A DNA stretch of 64,000 nucleotides from Octopus sinensis (taxonomy: Eukaryota): positions 69,626,001 to 69,690,000 of the forward strand of contig NC_042998.1 of NCBI RefSeq assembly GCF_006345805.1, given 5' to 3'. Of the stretch, positions 13,403 through 26,530 are shown piece by piece; within the stretch, counting starts at the first letter, position 1; each line of letters opens with the position of its first letter. Made by a program: the position numbers and the translations under genes. Under the pieces are notes generated by a model that was not told the DNA's origin, did not search any database, and saw only the letters and a program-made list of their open reading frames with translations.

Positions 13403-13875
13403 TTTCTAAGGTGGCGAGCAGCTAGATTGGTTAACTCGTCGGACAAAACGATTAACGATATTTCTGAGTTCAAATTCTGCCGAGGGCCGACTTTGTCTTT
13501 CATTCTCTCGAGGAGATGAAATCAGTACCAGTTGAGCACTTCGGTGAATGCAATTAACTATCCTCTTCCTCTCACACACACATGATATAGGTGCTTATCT
13601 AAGTATGTACGTATGCATAATATAATATAAGAATAGCATAAAGCAAACAAACTCATACACACATACAAATTAATGCTGCAAAATAAAACAGACATTAAAC
13701 AATAGACACATGCACATTACTATAAAAATTGTACGGAATTTGACATGACAACTAACACGATAAAGACTGATATAATTCTCTGCTATATGAAGTGCAGACG
13801 ATATACAAACATACATCTGCTATACAGACTTACGACAAGTGTATGCATGTGTATACACACAGACACACACACAGA

Positions 13876-13908
<33 letters not shown>

Positions 13909-13970
13909 ACACATATATATATATATACTTATACATACATATAGATGTATAAGTATTATATTTGTATATA

Positions 13971-14382
13971 CTCTTTTACTTTTTTTACTTGTTTCAGTCA
14001 TTTGACTGTGGCCATGCTGGAGCACCGCCTTTAGTCGAGCAAATCGACCCCAGGACTTATTCTTTGTAAGCCTAGTACTTATTCTATCGGTCACTTTTGC
14101 CGAACCGCTAAATTACGGGGACAACCCGCATCGGTTACCAAGCGATGTTTGGGGGACAAACACAGACACATAAGCATACACACACACACACACACACCAC
14201 ACACACACACACATATATATATACGACGGGCTTCTTTCAGTTTCCGTCTACCAAATCCACTTACAAGGCTTTGCTCGGCTCGAGGCTATAGTAGAAGACA
14301 CTTGCCCAAGGTGCCACGCAGTGGGACTGAACCCGGAACCATGTGATTGATAAGCAAGCTATTTACCACACAGCCACTCCTG
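13971..14382 (-). mobile_element. tRNA-derived SINE family B with CORE-like motif and internal microsatellite
   Basis: Sense GGAGTGGCTGTGTGGTAA...GGTTCAGTCCC (B box), CCTTGGGCAAGTG (CORE-like), internal (CA/TA)n, tail ...GACTGAAACAAGTAAAAGAG. Confidence 0.88.
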
Positions 14383-14389
14383 TATATAT

Positions 14390-14526
14390 TGTATGTATGT
14401 ATGTATGTATGTATGTATGTATGTATGTATGTATGTATGTATGTTATGTATGTATGTATGTATGTATGTATGTATGTATGTATGTATGTATGTATGTATG
14501 TATGTATGTATGTATGTATGTATGTA
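14390..14526. repeat. (TATG)n microsatellite (others of this type at 12598-12638, 15666-15870, 17130-17185, 17303-17372, 18070-18185, 60264-60345)
   Basis: Seen directly. Confidence 0.95.
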
Positions 14527-14699
14527 TGGTTGTGTGTCTATATGTGAGTGCATTCAAAAACGCTTTCAGAAAGAATTCTTGATACAATCACATTTGAAGA
14601 AAAATTTTCTTAAATTAAAAATTATAAATTAAAGCAAAAATAATCTTTAAAAAATTCTTAAATAGCAGAATAACACAAATCTTTTCGAAAGAAGTGTTG

Positions 14700-15060
14700 T
14701 GTAAACGTTTTCGCTGTTTACAGCTTTTCAAACGTACTTTGAGGGTAACCTGTATAGAAGAAATTGCTTTTAGTAGCAGTATTGACTATTTCTGGTTCGG
14801 GTTCAGATTTAAAACTCTTATACAGTATTCAGCTTTTGTCTTTCGTTATCGATCATTCTTTCTCATTAATTTGAAAAATATGGGAATATTTTGAATTTTC
14901 CATTGCACGAATGTCTAGATGTTTACTATATGACACATTTATAACAGAAGAATCTTTGATCTGTTGCTTATGTATCCTAATACGATGTATTAATTTTGAT
15001 ACTTTTCTTCGGATGTAATTCTCATTGCGTTGTTGGTATGTAATATATTGTAGAAACACT
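14700..15060 (-). mobile_element. Penelope-like GIY-YIG remnant
   Basis: NYIR...LIHRIRIHKQQIKD...SKHLD resembles YIG.T...R...H.QQI.D; ends in a KFKPELN-like sequence. Confidence 0.5.
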
Positions 15061-15076
15061 TTGATGACCTAAGAGC

Positions 15077-15167
<91 letters not shown>

Positions 15168-15556
15168 TTTATTCTATTATCTGTTTTTAGTCATTTGACC
15201 ACGGACATGTTGGAGCACCGCCTTGAGGGGTTTTAGTCGAACAAAGGAACCCAGGGCTTATTTTTGAAGCCTAGCACTTATTCCTTCGGTCTGTTTTGCC
15301 GAACCGCTAAGTTACGGGGACGTAAACACACCAACACCGGTTGTCAAGCAGTGATGGGGTAGGGGACAAACACGCAAACAGAAGCACATACACAGCGGCC
15401 ATTGACATCACACACATATATACGACGGGCTTCTTTCAGTTTCCGTCTACCAAATCCGCTTACAAGGCATCGGTCAGCCCGAGGCTATAGCAGAAGACAT
15501 TTGCCCACGGTGTCACGCTGTGGGACTGAACCCAGAACCATGTGGTTTGGAAGCAC
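15168..15556 (-). mobile_element. SINE family B
   Basis: Homologous to 13971-14382. Confidence 0.85.
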
Positions 15557-15768
15557 GCCAACAATACTAGACTCGCAGTGCGTGTGTTTATTATTATTAT
15601 TATTGGCTTAATGACTCTCCCAAGACGCAACAAGATTTATTTCAACATATGAGATATAAGAACGACATACATACATACATACATACATACATACATACTT
15701 ACATACATACATACATACATGCATGCAAACATACATACATACATACATACATACATACATACATACAT

Positions 15769-15799
<31 letters not shown>

Positions 15800-15870
15800 T
15801 ACATACATACAACATACATACATACATACAACATACATACATACATACATACATACATACATACATACAT

Positions 15871-17302
15871 AAAACAGTGGCCCACAGTGTTTGCAGTGCC
15901 AGTACTCATACCAACATTAGGGCTGCTTGATTGGACGCTTGATGAGATCCGAGAGATTGATGTGAAAACCCAAAAAATACTAACAAGCACACATAATTTC
16001 CAAATAAACAGTGACGTATAACGCCCCTACCTAAAACGAAAACAAGGCGATCCAAAATGCATTTGAATGTCGCATCATATTTCTTCAGCAACATCTTTTA
16101 AACACCAAGTGTCGAAGTGCATCCCTTGACCGAGTTTGCATACATGAGGCTGATAACATCATGAGACTTGGAAGGCAGCTCGTTGTGCAACGCTCTTTGA
16201 CAACCTAGAATACATGCCCAAAGTCGCACGACTCTACCGCAACATATCATCAGATGAAAGGATGAGCCTATATGAGCAGAATACTATGTATGGATATGTC
16301 AGTAGAAAACATCGATCATCAAAGCAGTTTATCATGGACCAATGGCCGGATTACTACCGCCCACTTTGAAGAGTATGCGTTTGCAATCCAGGGACAGGAA
16401 ATATGAACCAACTACCTGAGGCACAAAAGTGGATAGAGATGCAGGAAAAGCCGTAAAATGTGGCAACCGATGCAGACTTTGTAGAGCTCACGCTGAAGAT
16501 ATCACCCACATCATACACAGTTGTCGGAAAATGCCATCACGGTAATATCTACCGATGAGACATGACGTTGTAGCTTGAACACTCTTTAATGAAATCCGTC
16601 GGAAATATAATCCTGAGGACAAAGAAATAAGAACCCACAACATGATAGAAGCCATGGCCACTCATAATAAAAAGGAATACTGGTGGAATGTACCAGTGAA
16701 AATCTCATTAAAATGTAAGCACAACAGACCTGATATAATGATTTGGGGGTAGAAAAGAGAAACTGTGCACAGTTGTGGAAATTAGCTGTCCAGCGGATGT
16801 TAACATAAAGTTGAAGATCAGTGAAAAAGAGAACATCTATGCTGAACTATTGAGAAATCTGAAGTTATTCTATCCAGATTACAAGTTCAGGTCTGTACCT
16901 GTAATTATTGGAGCCCTGGGATATGTAACACACTACCTAAATGCCAATTTTGAAAAATTAGGCTTCTCAAAACTAGAAAGGAGAAAGCCAATTCGAAGAC
17001 TACAGATCCCATCCATCACTAGAACTGTAAAAATCAGTGAAACTTTCCAGAAGTTTATCATTTAAATATATATGAGCATGTCTAGATATGTAACTCTATG
17101 CATGAGAATACATACATACAACATATAAATCTGCACATACATACATACATACATACATACATACATACATACATACATACATACAAAAATACCCTACTGT
17201 TGATGTTTTGATGTTGAAATTCGAATGAAAGAGCCTTGGATCTAGGGTAGAAACCGGTTCTTTCTCTATTGGCAAGAAATCTTGAAATAAACTGAAGAAT
17301 GA
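15871..17302 (+). mobile_element. 5'-truncated, decayed R4/Dong-like LINE (RT C-terminus, CCHC finger, RLE nuclease) embedded in (CATA)n
   Basis: Fragments AVPVLIPTLGLLDWTLDEIREIDVKT, CRLC..HAEDITHII..C, HNRPDI, VEISCPADVN..EKENIYAEL and VPVIIGALG. (TACA)n lies at both ends; treating 17110-17302 as 3' UTR is an inference. Confidence 0.8.
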
Positions 17303-18042
17303 CATACATACATACATACATACATACATACATACATACATACATACATACATACATACATACATACATACATAATGCATATATATATATATATATATGT
17401 ATCTATGTGTGTATATATATTTCATGTATGTGTGCATGTTTGTTTGTCCCCTAGTATATCTATAGCGCTTGTGAAATCTTCTTGTACCGCAGCTTGCTCT
17501 TGTTCAGATATAATGAGCTCCTCATGATTATATCTATGGGACCCTAACAAAATCAACCACATTGTTTCTACGACTTCTTCAGGCGCTATCTCACTGTATT
17601 CCATTCTCACATTATGATAAAGATCATTTGAGTTCACTGAGTGGATAAAGGTATTGACTAAAAGGAGCAATGCATTATTGAAAATATTATGCCAGGTATC
17701 ATTGAAATAAATCAATAATCTCACTCATATATATAGTGTTATAATTGCATTGCTTATTACAAATAGAAGAATAGTGTTCAAGACAAGGTGTAATGTATAA
17801 TAATATCTATTGATCTGATGATGCCTTGTGAAGCTAATCGGGATTCCGGGATTAGCTGATCAGTCTTGCGAATATTCCTACTCCGTCGATTAAAAGTTCC
17901 TGTGTCCGATCCAGTTGTCATTGAACTTCGAGTAGTTGCAAAAGGCGTCAATCGAATGTGCATGATGCGCACACACACACACGCATGCACGCACGCGCAC
18001 ACAAACACACACCCAAACACTCACACACACGCTCACACACGC

Positions 18043-18073
<31 letters not shown>

Positions 18074-18143
18074 CATACATGCATACATACATACATACAT
18101 GCATACGTATATACATACATACATACATACATACATACATACA

Positions 18144-18175
<32 letters not shown>

Positions 18176-18269
18176 CATACATACATATATACATACAAAC
18201 GTGCATGCATAACGTGTGTATATGCAAACATACAAAAAGAAGATAGCAGAAAATAAGTTGACTACGTTG

Positions 18270-18505
18270 AGACTGACGGGTCAAAAGAATATTGGTGGAA
18301 ATTAAAAATTAAAACAGCCGCCATGTTAAAACACGATCGGTCAGAAATTTTTGAGTTAGACCAGAAGGAAACCAAAAAATATGGCCTTTTGTGGAAATCA
18401 GTTGCCCTCTGGACGCGAGTGTGGTCAGAACAATACAGGAGAAAAAGAACGTTTATGGACCGTTGATCAGGAGTTTGCAAATCTAGTACCCAAGATATAC
18501 TTTCA
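18270..18505 (+). mobile_element. Diverged RLE-domain fragment related to the 15871-17302 element
   Basis: Reads KEYWWKLKIKT...HDRSEI...VEISCPLDASV..TIQEKKNVYGPLIRSLQI.YP, paralleling KEYWWNVPVK...VEISCPADVN at about 16670-16880. Confidence 0.6.
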
Positions 18506-19001
18506 GGCCAGCAATTTTGAGGGGAAGAGGTAAGTCGATTACATTGACCCCAATGATCAAGTGGTACATTCATCGACCTTTAAAAGATGAAAGGTAAAGT
18601 CAACCTCGGCGAAATTTGAACTCTGAACGTAAAGACGGATGAAATGCCGCTAAGCATTTTGCTCGGCGTGCTAACGATTCTGTCAGCTCGCAGCCTCAGT
18701 TCCATGCATAATAGAATTGGGACAACAGGATACGTACCAATTCGCTTGGAACAAAGTATAGCTGAATTTAGGTTCATTAGGATAGAATGCAATTCCTTAA
18801 TTCATACGCTACAAATGATCATGACATCTGGGGCAAGAAAAATCTACAAAACCCGCTTATGATTTAAAGGATGATGGGCAAGACAAAACGTTTTCCTTCA
18901 AAATTTTGCTACAATGTAGTTGGCGGGTCAAGATTAACTTTAAACTGAAAGAGAAAAAGGAAACATACATGTATGCACAACTGCATATATACATAAAAAA
19001 G

Positions 19002-19325
19002 GACCCCGTTCGGTCAAGAATGACCATGGGATTGCACATAGAAAGTTACCTCCGAAGCACAAGTCCGGGCAAGGTTGTTTATGGAAGGCCAGTAGTCACC
19101 CATGCATACCGGCCTCCCCTCTCCACGCCTCCGATGTTATCCAAAGGAAAGGCAAAGGCTGATACGGCTTGGCATCAGTGACGTCGCAACTCATTTCTAC
19201 AGGTGAGTGGACTGGAGCAACGTGAAATTGCTCAAGAACACAATACATAGCACGGTGCGGGAATTGGACTTACTAACTCGTGATTGAGAGCCCGATGTTC
19301 TAACCACTAAACCATGCTCCCTCAC
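19002..19325 (-). mobile_element. tRNA-derived SINE family D (partial + strand copy at 20527-20738)
   Basis: tRNA-like head plus GTGTTCTTGAGCAA...TTGCTCCAGT.CACTCA domain; the two copies align. Confidence 0.8.
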
Positions 19326-19653
19326 AAGCATACATGCACACACTTATCCATCCATCAATTCATACACCCATCTACCCATCCATCCATCCATCCATCCATC
19401 CATCCATCCATCCATCCAGCCAGCCAGCCAGCCATCCAGCCAGCTGGTCAGCCAACAAACTAACCAGTCAGCCAGTCAGTTGGCCATCCATCCATCCATT
19501 CATCCATCCATCCATCCATCCATCATCCATCCATCCATCCGTCCATTCATACACACTTACAGACACTCACACATACATATACACACCCTAATGCACACAT
19601 ACATACCAACACACACGCATACGTACATACACACACGCACTCACATTATCACT

Positions 19654-20380
19654 GGGTGTATCTGATCAATAAGTATCCGAGCTGTTGTCATAGTAACGAA
19701 GCTAAAGCATGCTGAATGAAGCCGCTTGGCACAGATTAATCTTGAACTCTGCTGTGCATGCACACCATGAGATAGAAAGTTGAGCAGAGAATCTGCATCA
19801 AATTTTGCCAAAAGCTCGGGCAAATGCAAAGTTTTCAAAAAGTTTTCATCGTTCTCGACACAATCAAGGAGTTCTTGTGCAACTGAAACGCGAGCGTCTT
19901 TTTGGTCAGCTGAAAGCGGTTTTGGCGCAAACTTGGCAGACGTCTTATACTCAAATCTTCAGTGATAATGGACTGAACTGAACCGTAACTAATCTGCACA
20001 TCCTCTGATGAATCACGAATGGTGATTCGATGATTTCCCCTCATAGCTGCACGCACATCTGAGATAGTTTTCTCAGTTCTGCTGGTTGCAGGTTTCCCAG
20101 AACGTTTGTCAATATCGACATTTTTTCAGCCATCTTGGAAACGCTTCAACCACTCGTACATTTGTGTGCGGCTCATACATTTCTTTCCATACACTTTCTG
20201 CAACTCTGTATAGGCTTCTGACCAGATGTCGCAATAACAATTTTCTCTGTCATGGTCAATGCGACAATCACATGCTACACAATTTCCTTCTAAAAACTGC
20301 AGTAAACAGCGGAAGTGAGCTAGAACGTTAAAACTTAGTGCGCATGTAGAGCAGAGTTCAAGGTCATTCTGTACCAAGCG
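19654..20380. mobile_element. Non-autonomous mariner derivative with two inverted 5' ends
   Basis: Minus strand SEAYTELQKVYG...YEWLKRFQDG...RITIR...ISYGSVQSII...SAKFAPK (mariner HTH region). Plus strand KVEQRICIKFCQKLG at about 19776-19820. Inverted arms at 19723-19765 and 20338-20380. Confidence 0.8.
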
Positions 20381-20744
20381 TGTGTGTGTATATAATATCT
20401 ATTTATGTCTATACAAGGTGGTGGTGAAAAGTTCCTGGCTTTGAGTAAAAGAAAATACAGAAGGATCAGTTAATTATGACTTTATCTAACATATTCCCCT
20501 CTCAGGTTCACACACTTATTACAGCGTTCGGCTTGGTATTTAGAGCGTCGGGCTCACAATCGTGAGGTAGTGAGTTCCATTCCCGGACCGGGCTGTGTGT
20601 TGTGTTCTTGAGCAATACACTTTATTTTCAAATTGCTCCAGTTCACTCAGTTGTAGAAATGAGTTGCGACGTCACTGGCGCCAAGCTGTATTGGCCTTTG
20701 CTTTTCTCATGGACAACATCAGTGGCGTGGAGAGGGGAGTGAGA

Positions 20745-21835
20745 AAGTCTTTTACGTTTCGAGCCTACGCTCTTCGACAGAAAGGAACACAAAAATAAAC
20801 AAGGAGAGAAAGTAGAAAAAGGTTTAGTGGCTAACGATCTATCATGGCGAATACCGGACAGAGGGGTCACACAGAAGAGCTAGGAAGAAGGGGAGATAAT
20901 AAAGTAGTGGTGATCCCAAAGGTGCGCGTGCGTCTGTACGTGAGGGCGTGTATGTGCCTGTGGAAGGGCTGGTGACATTGACGTGTGCGTGTGTGCATGT
21001 GTAGGTGTGTGGATGATGGTGTAGGTGCTGGGAAGTGGTCAGTGCTAGTGTGTGCGGGGGTGATATGATATTGTGTGGTGTGGTATGGTGGTGTGTAGTG
21101 TGTGGTGTGTGGTGTGTGGTGTGGTGGTGCGATGATGTTGGGGTGTGGGGGAGGCGAGAGTAGGGGAAGCAAGGGTGGGGTCTAAGGGATAGAGTGGAGG
21201 TGGGATGGGATGTATAGGGATGGTGGGGTTGGAATGAGTAAGGGTAGAGTAACGAGGGAGGGGTAATAATGAAGGGAAAGGGTGGGGAGAGGGTGGAAGG
21301 GAGAAGGTGGGTAGGAGGGAAGAGAGGAAGTAGGTGCCAGAGCAAGAGAGGGGAGGTGGGTGGGAGGAAGTAGGTGTAAGAGGAAGAGAGGAGAGAGGAG
21401 GAGGGTTAGATGAAGAGGAGAGGAGAGTTGAACCAATACGGCGCAAAGGAGCTAAGAGAGAAGATTAATCCCTGCTCACGGCGAAGACGAGAGTCCTGAT
21501 GGCCACTGTGCAAAGACAATTCGAACACAGACAGGTGTTGTAAAGAGTGGCCGGTAGAGCGGAAATGGCGTTCCGTTTGACGGATGTATAGAGAAGGACA
21601 GAGAGCGCAGGAGATGCAGTAGATGACCTTGGTAGAAGTGCAGGTGAAGGAGTCATTGATATGATAGGGTCGATGATGGGTGCCTGTGAGGAGAGTGGTA
21701 TTGTAGAGGTAAGGGCAAGTGCGGCAGCGTTGGCGGGAGCAGGGGAACGAGCCGAGTTGGGAGGCTGGGTTAGGGAAGAAGCTGTGGACCAAGAGGTCTC
21801 GTAGGTTGTGGGTTCGTTTGAAGGAGGGGAGGGGT
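20745..21835 (-). mobile_element. Penelope-like element 3' part: GIY-YIG endonuclease remnant plus pseudo-LTR
   Basis: ORF 21406..21867: CSRQRCRTCPY...FTCTSTKVIYCISCALCPSLYIRQTER...RLRREQGLIFSL..AP. Downstream CT-rich tract and a hammerhead-like motif at 20748-20785. Confidence 0.8.
20748..20785 (-). ncRNA. Variant hammerhead motif (CTGTCGA core)
   Basis: Minus strand CCTTT-CTGTCGA-A-GAGC GTAG GCTC-GAAAC-GTA-AAAG. Stems pair, but core position A6 is T. Confidence 0.5.
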
Positions 21836-22607
21836 CGGTTATGTAGGCACGTACGCATGCTTTCCAAAACGTCTTAAAGCACATCGGCAAAATGTCACTG
21901 ACTACAGACAACTCAATTGCATTTCCATTGCGAGCACACAAATATACATACATACATGTATCTATATATATATAGATATTTCCTCATACAAACACACATA
22001 TTTATATTAATGCAAAAACGGCTTAACATCGAAATCTCAGCTTCAACATGTACAAACTCACATACATTTACACGTATACATGTGCACGAATGCGTTTGCG
22101 TTACACATACAAATAGTCGCATACATAGAATCTTATAAACATACTTACAGAAATACTCATACGCTTGTGTAAATATTTGCTCAGGAAGAATTTAACACAC
22201 TCAGAACAATATATGCATCTCTGTAAAAGGTTTATAAAAGGTTATATACATACATGTAGAAATATTGAAATGCTTATATAAATAAATATTTGTACACGAA
22301 GCATATTAATATATGCTATCGACATGAAAGGCTTATACGCAAATTCAGAAATACTAATATGCATATATGAATAAAAGCTTCTTTAAGAATATATTAATAT
22401 ACACGGATAACAATTAAAAACAAAATCTAAATTGGGGAAATCCTGTCATCTACTGACAAGTCTTCGTATATATGTGTGTGTGTATGCGTATACATATATT
22501 TATACATACATACATACGTATTATATATGTATATATATATGTAATGACTATGTATATGTACGTATGTGTGTGCGTGTTTGTGTGTGATACATGTATGTAT
22601 GAATGAA

Positions 22608-22660
<53 letters not shown>

Positions 22661-23653
22661 GTATATCTACGTACATTGCATACATACTTGATTATACATA
22701 CAGCTGTGTAAAAATGCAAACATGCCATATACATAAGCATTCGTATTGCATGCACATACATGCACACCTCTCTCTATGTGTGTATATATGTGTGAGTGTG
22801 AGTGTGTGTGTGTGTGTGAGTGTGTGAGTGTGTGTGTGTGGTGTGAGAGAGAGAGAGAGAGAGAGACTGTGTATGTATGAATGTGTACATGGGTCTGTAT
22901 AGCCGCATATATATATATATGTACGTATGTATGTATGTAGTATGTATGTATGTATGTATGTATGTAGTATGTATGTATAATATATATATATATATATAAT
23001 ATATATATATATATAATATATATATATATAATATATATATATATATATAATATATATATATATGTATATATGTATATATTATATATGTCTGTATGTTATG
23101 TATGTGTGTATGTTATGTATGTGTGTAATATACTTATAAATAGACATTACGTGTCACATCTGCCAATATACTAAACTTTTATAAATTTCTCGCCCATTAA
23201 ATATATTCTTAATTTTTTCCCCTTCATAATTAAATATTTCACACACGCACACAAAAAAATGTTTACATTTTTGATTTCATCGATAGATTAACATATCACA
23301 GATTGATTTGCATATCGCAGAATTATTCACACAATCCAGATTAATTTTCATTTGAGAAGTTAATTTACATATTGCAAACTCATTTACATATTATTGTTGA
23401 TAACTTGGAAATATCAATTGTCATTCGGAAATTACGTAATATGTTATATATCGACCAGTCTATCCCTCTATATCTGCATCTCTCTCTCTTTCTCTTTCTC
23501 TCTCAGTATATATGTATATATGTACGTGTGTATATATACATATACATACATATATATATACATACATATATACATACATACATATGATATATATATATAT
23601 ATATATGCATGTATGAGCATATATATATACGTTTGTATAAATATATATGTATG

Positions 23654-23706
<53 letters not shown>

Positions 23707-23707
<1 letters not shown>

Positions 23708-23975
23708 CATGGCTTCGTGGTTAAGGTGTTGCATACACGATTGCGAGATTGTGGGTTCAATTCCCAGAGCGGGCGTTGCGTTGTGTTCTTGAGCAAAACA
23801 CTTCATTTCACGTTGCTCTGCGATCATTTCGACATCTGAGATGTAGCACCCGGTGCACCTGTACAGGTAATGTCGATCTGATGGAGGGAGTGAGATTATG
23901 TGTACATTTGATCACTATAAACAAATCACCTGTGTGGTTGTTCGATAACAAATTGCCGAACCCTCATACGTCGTC
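23707..23975 (+). mobile_element. tRNA-derived SINE family E
   Basis: TGGCTTCGTGGTTAAG...GGTTCAATTCCC head and the same GTGTTCTTGAGCAA domain as family D, with a different tail. Confidence 0.7.
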
Positions 23976-24166
23976 TAATGACAGGAGAGTCTTCATATAT
24001 ATAGGTGAGAGGGTATATGTATCAAATGAAATCAAAAACAGAACACAAAGGATGTCGCGGTACACGTCTTACAATGATATAAGAATAGGTCGTTATAAAG
24101 CTTGAAACACGTGTACCGCGACATCCTTTGTGTTTCTGTTTTTGATTTCATTTGATAATATATATA

Positions 24167-24202
<36 letters not shown>

Positions 24203-24307
24203 TGTATGTATGTATGTATGTATGTATATACACACATACATATATGTATATGCATATATATATATATATACATATATCTATATATATCTATATATATATA
24301 TATTATA

Positions 24308-24346
<39 letters not shown>

Positions 24347-25066
24347 TATATATATTATATTATATATATATATTTATATATATATTTAATATAATATAAT
24401 ATGTGGCAATTGGTTATAATAAAACTCAAGTTCGGCATCTCATTAGTTATTAAGACAAACAAAAACGCTATGAAAAATCTTTTGAATAAAGGGAAATTAC
24501 TCCAGTAGGCGTGGGGAAAGTAAAACTTCGTTCATAGTATCTGCATATGAACACATGTACACATATATATATATATACGCACACATACACATGTATATGT
24601 ATGTGTATTTATACATACATACACACACGCGTGTACATATACATACAAACACACATATATCATTCAACCACGGTAGTGGTTGAATATGTTCTTAAGTCCA
24701 TCATGTCGTCAATCGCAGCAGCTTCTAAGCTTCACCACTAATTCAGTTCTCAACTAAATTGCAAACTGTTAATAGTTTTAAAGAGGATACCTCTTCAGCT
24801 ACACTTTGGCATAAATAGTTTGAGATTTTTACGAAATTTTATGTCAGTAAGCATGGAAGTAAGGGAGTAACAATTGAGCAATAAGAAAAAAGAATATATT
24901 TCTAAAATGAATGTTTACTTTCTAAGGCGGCGAGCTGGTAGAAACGTTATCGTTCCGTCTGTCTTTACATTTTTGAATAAGAGAGTCGAAGTATATCAAG
25001 TGGATCTAACAGAAGAATCAGCTCTTGAATTCAGTAGTTATACGGTTAAAATAATCATTAAGAATA

Positions 25067-25285
25067 TTAACCCTTCCGATACCAACCCGGCTGAAACTGC
25101 CTCTGTAGTACAAATACCTTGTTTTCATAAGTTTTGAATTAAAATCTTCCACCAAACCTTAGTCAGAATTTATCTTCCTAACATCAGCTTAATGATAACT
25201 AAATTATTTTACTAAAGTCTTTGTTATATTTAAAATTAATTGAAAGGAACACAAAACATCTCAAAATAGATACGGTTGCAGGGAA
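25067..25285. mobile_element. Possible piggyBac-like MITE
   Basis: Left end TTAA|CCCTT; right end degenerate (...GCAGGGA). The classification rests on the TTAA-CCC signature only. Confidence 0.4.
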
Positions 25286-26369
25286 AAGAACTTGAGCATC
25301 AGCAATAGTCGCTGAAATGCTGAAAATATCCGGCAAACTAGGACATGCACCTATCACTCATAATGGATGGAGCAATTTCCAATATAGTGTAGCAATAATA
25401 TCATCAGCTGTTACACGGACTAATGGGATGCCTTATAAAGAAGCAACTGTAAGGTCATCATATTATAGACCAGATTATGACAATAAGAGAAAGAGCTATA
25501 ATGCAACTAATTATAATTGGTTATAACACAGCTATCCCTACTTGAAATGCAATAGATATAGTTAAAAGTCCTACCACATTATGCAGTACAACGCACAAAA
25601 CATGATACACACAATGTAACATAAGACACATAATCATGATACAATATAAACGCAGTATACAACTGGCATAATGCAATTACCCGCACCTTCGATATGAAAT
25701 AACACACAAAAACAATTATAATACAAGATAAACACACACAAGATAACACAACGCAACACACACACGCACAAGAAATTTTCAGGATCTGATAGAATCACGT
25801 ATTTAAGTAGCAAGACACCAAGGTAGGAGTGGGGATAGCGTTCCTGAGCACTAACAATATATACGGACATATTTTTACTCATCAATAAAGAACACGTCTG
25901 AAACAGCTGTAGTGAAACTCAACCCATCTGTGTCATATATATATATTCAAATATATTAAGCCTTCTTTCCTCATCTCTTTTCTTTTCTCTTCTTTTATCT
26001 TATGCATTTTTTTCACTCTGATGAAGCTCCATGTACAAGATGGGATGTGCTATAGAATATGACGAATATTATTCTCAGAATTTTCTTTGGCAGCGCTGAG
26101 GGACATGAAATGGCTGTTAGTTGTGATAAAGTTTTGTATTAAAAAATAATAATCGATGGTAGTCAATTTGTTTGTTGTTCAAGAATTTTCTCCATTCTCT
26201 GCTTAATCTACATATATATATATATATATATATATAGACTTAATGTATATATGTATATATATACTTATGTATATATATTATATTATATATATATATATAA
26301 GATATATATATTATTATATATTATATATGTATATATAATATATCTATATATATATATTGTATATATATA

Positions 26370-26404
<35 letters not shown>

Positions 26405-26449
26405 CTTATGTGTAGATATATATATTATATGTATTATATGTATATATAC

Positions 26450-26530
<81 letters not shown>

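Noticed and set aside
17422-17724. 100-aa minus-strand ORF as a host exon
   Set aside because: No recognisable domain, no convincing splice sites, and it ends in a microsatellite.
17814-17870. CTGATGA followed by a hairpin as another hammerhead
   Set aside because: No correctly placed GAAA or stem I partner.
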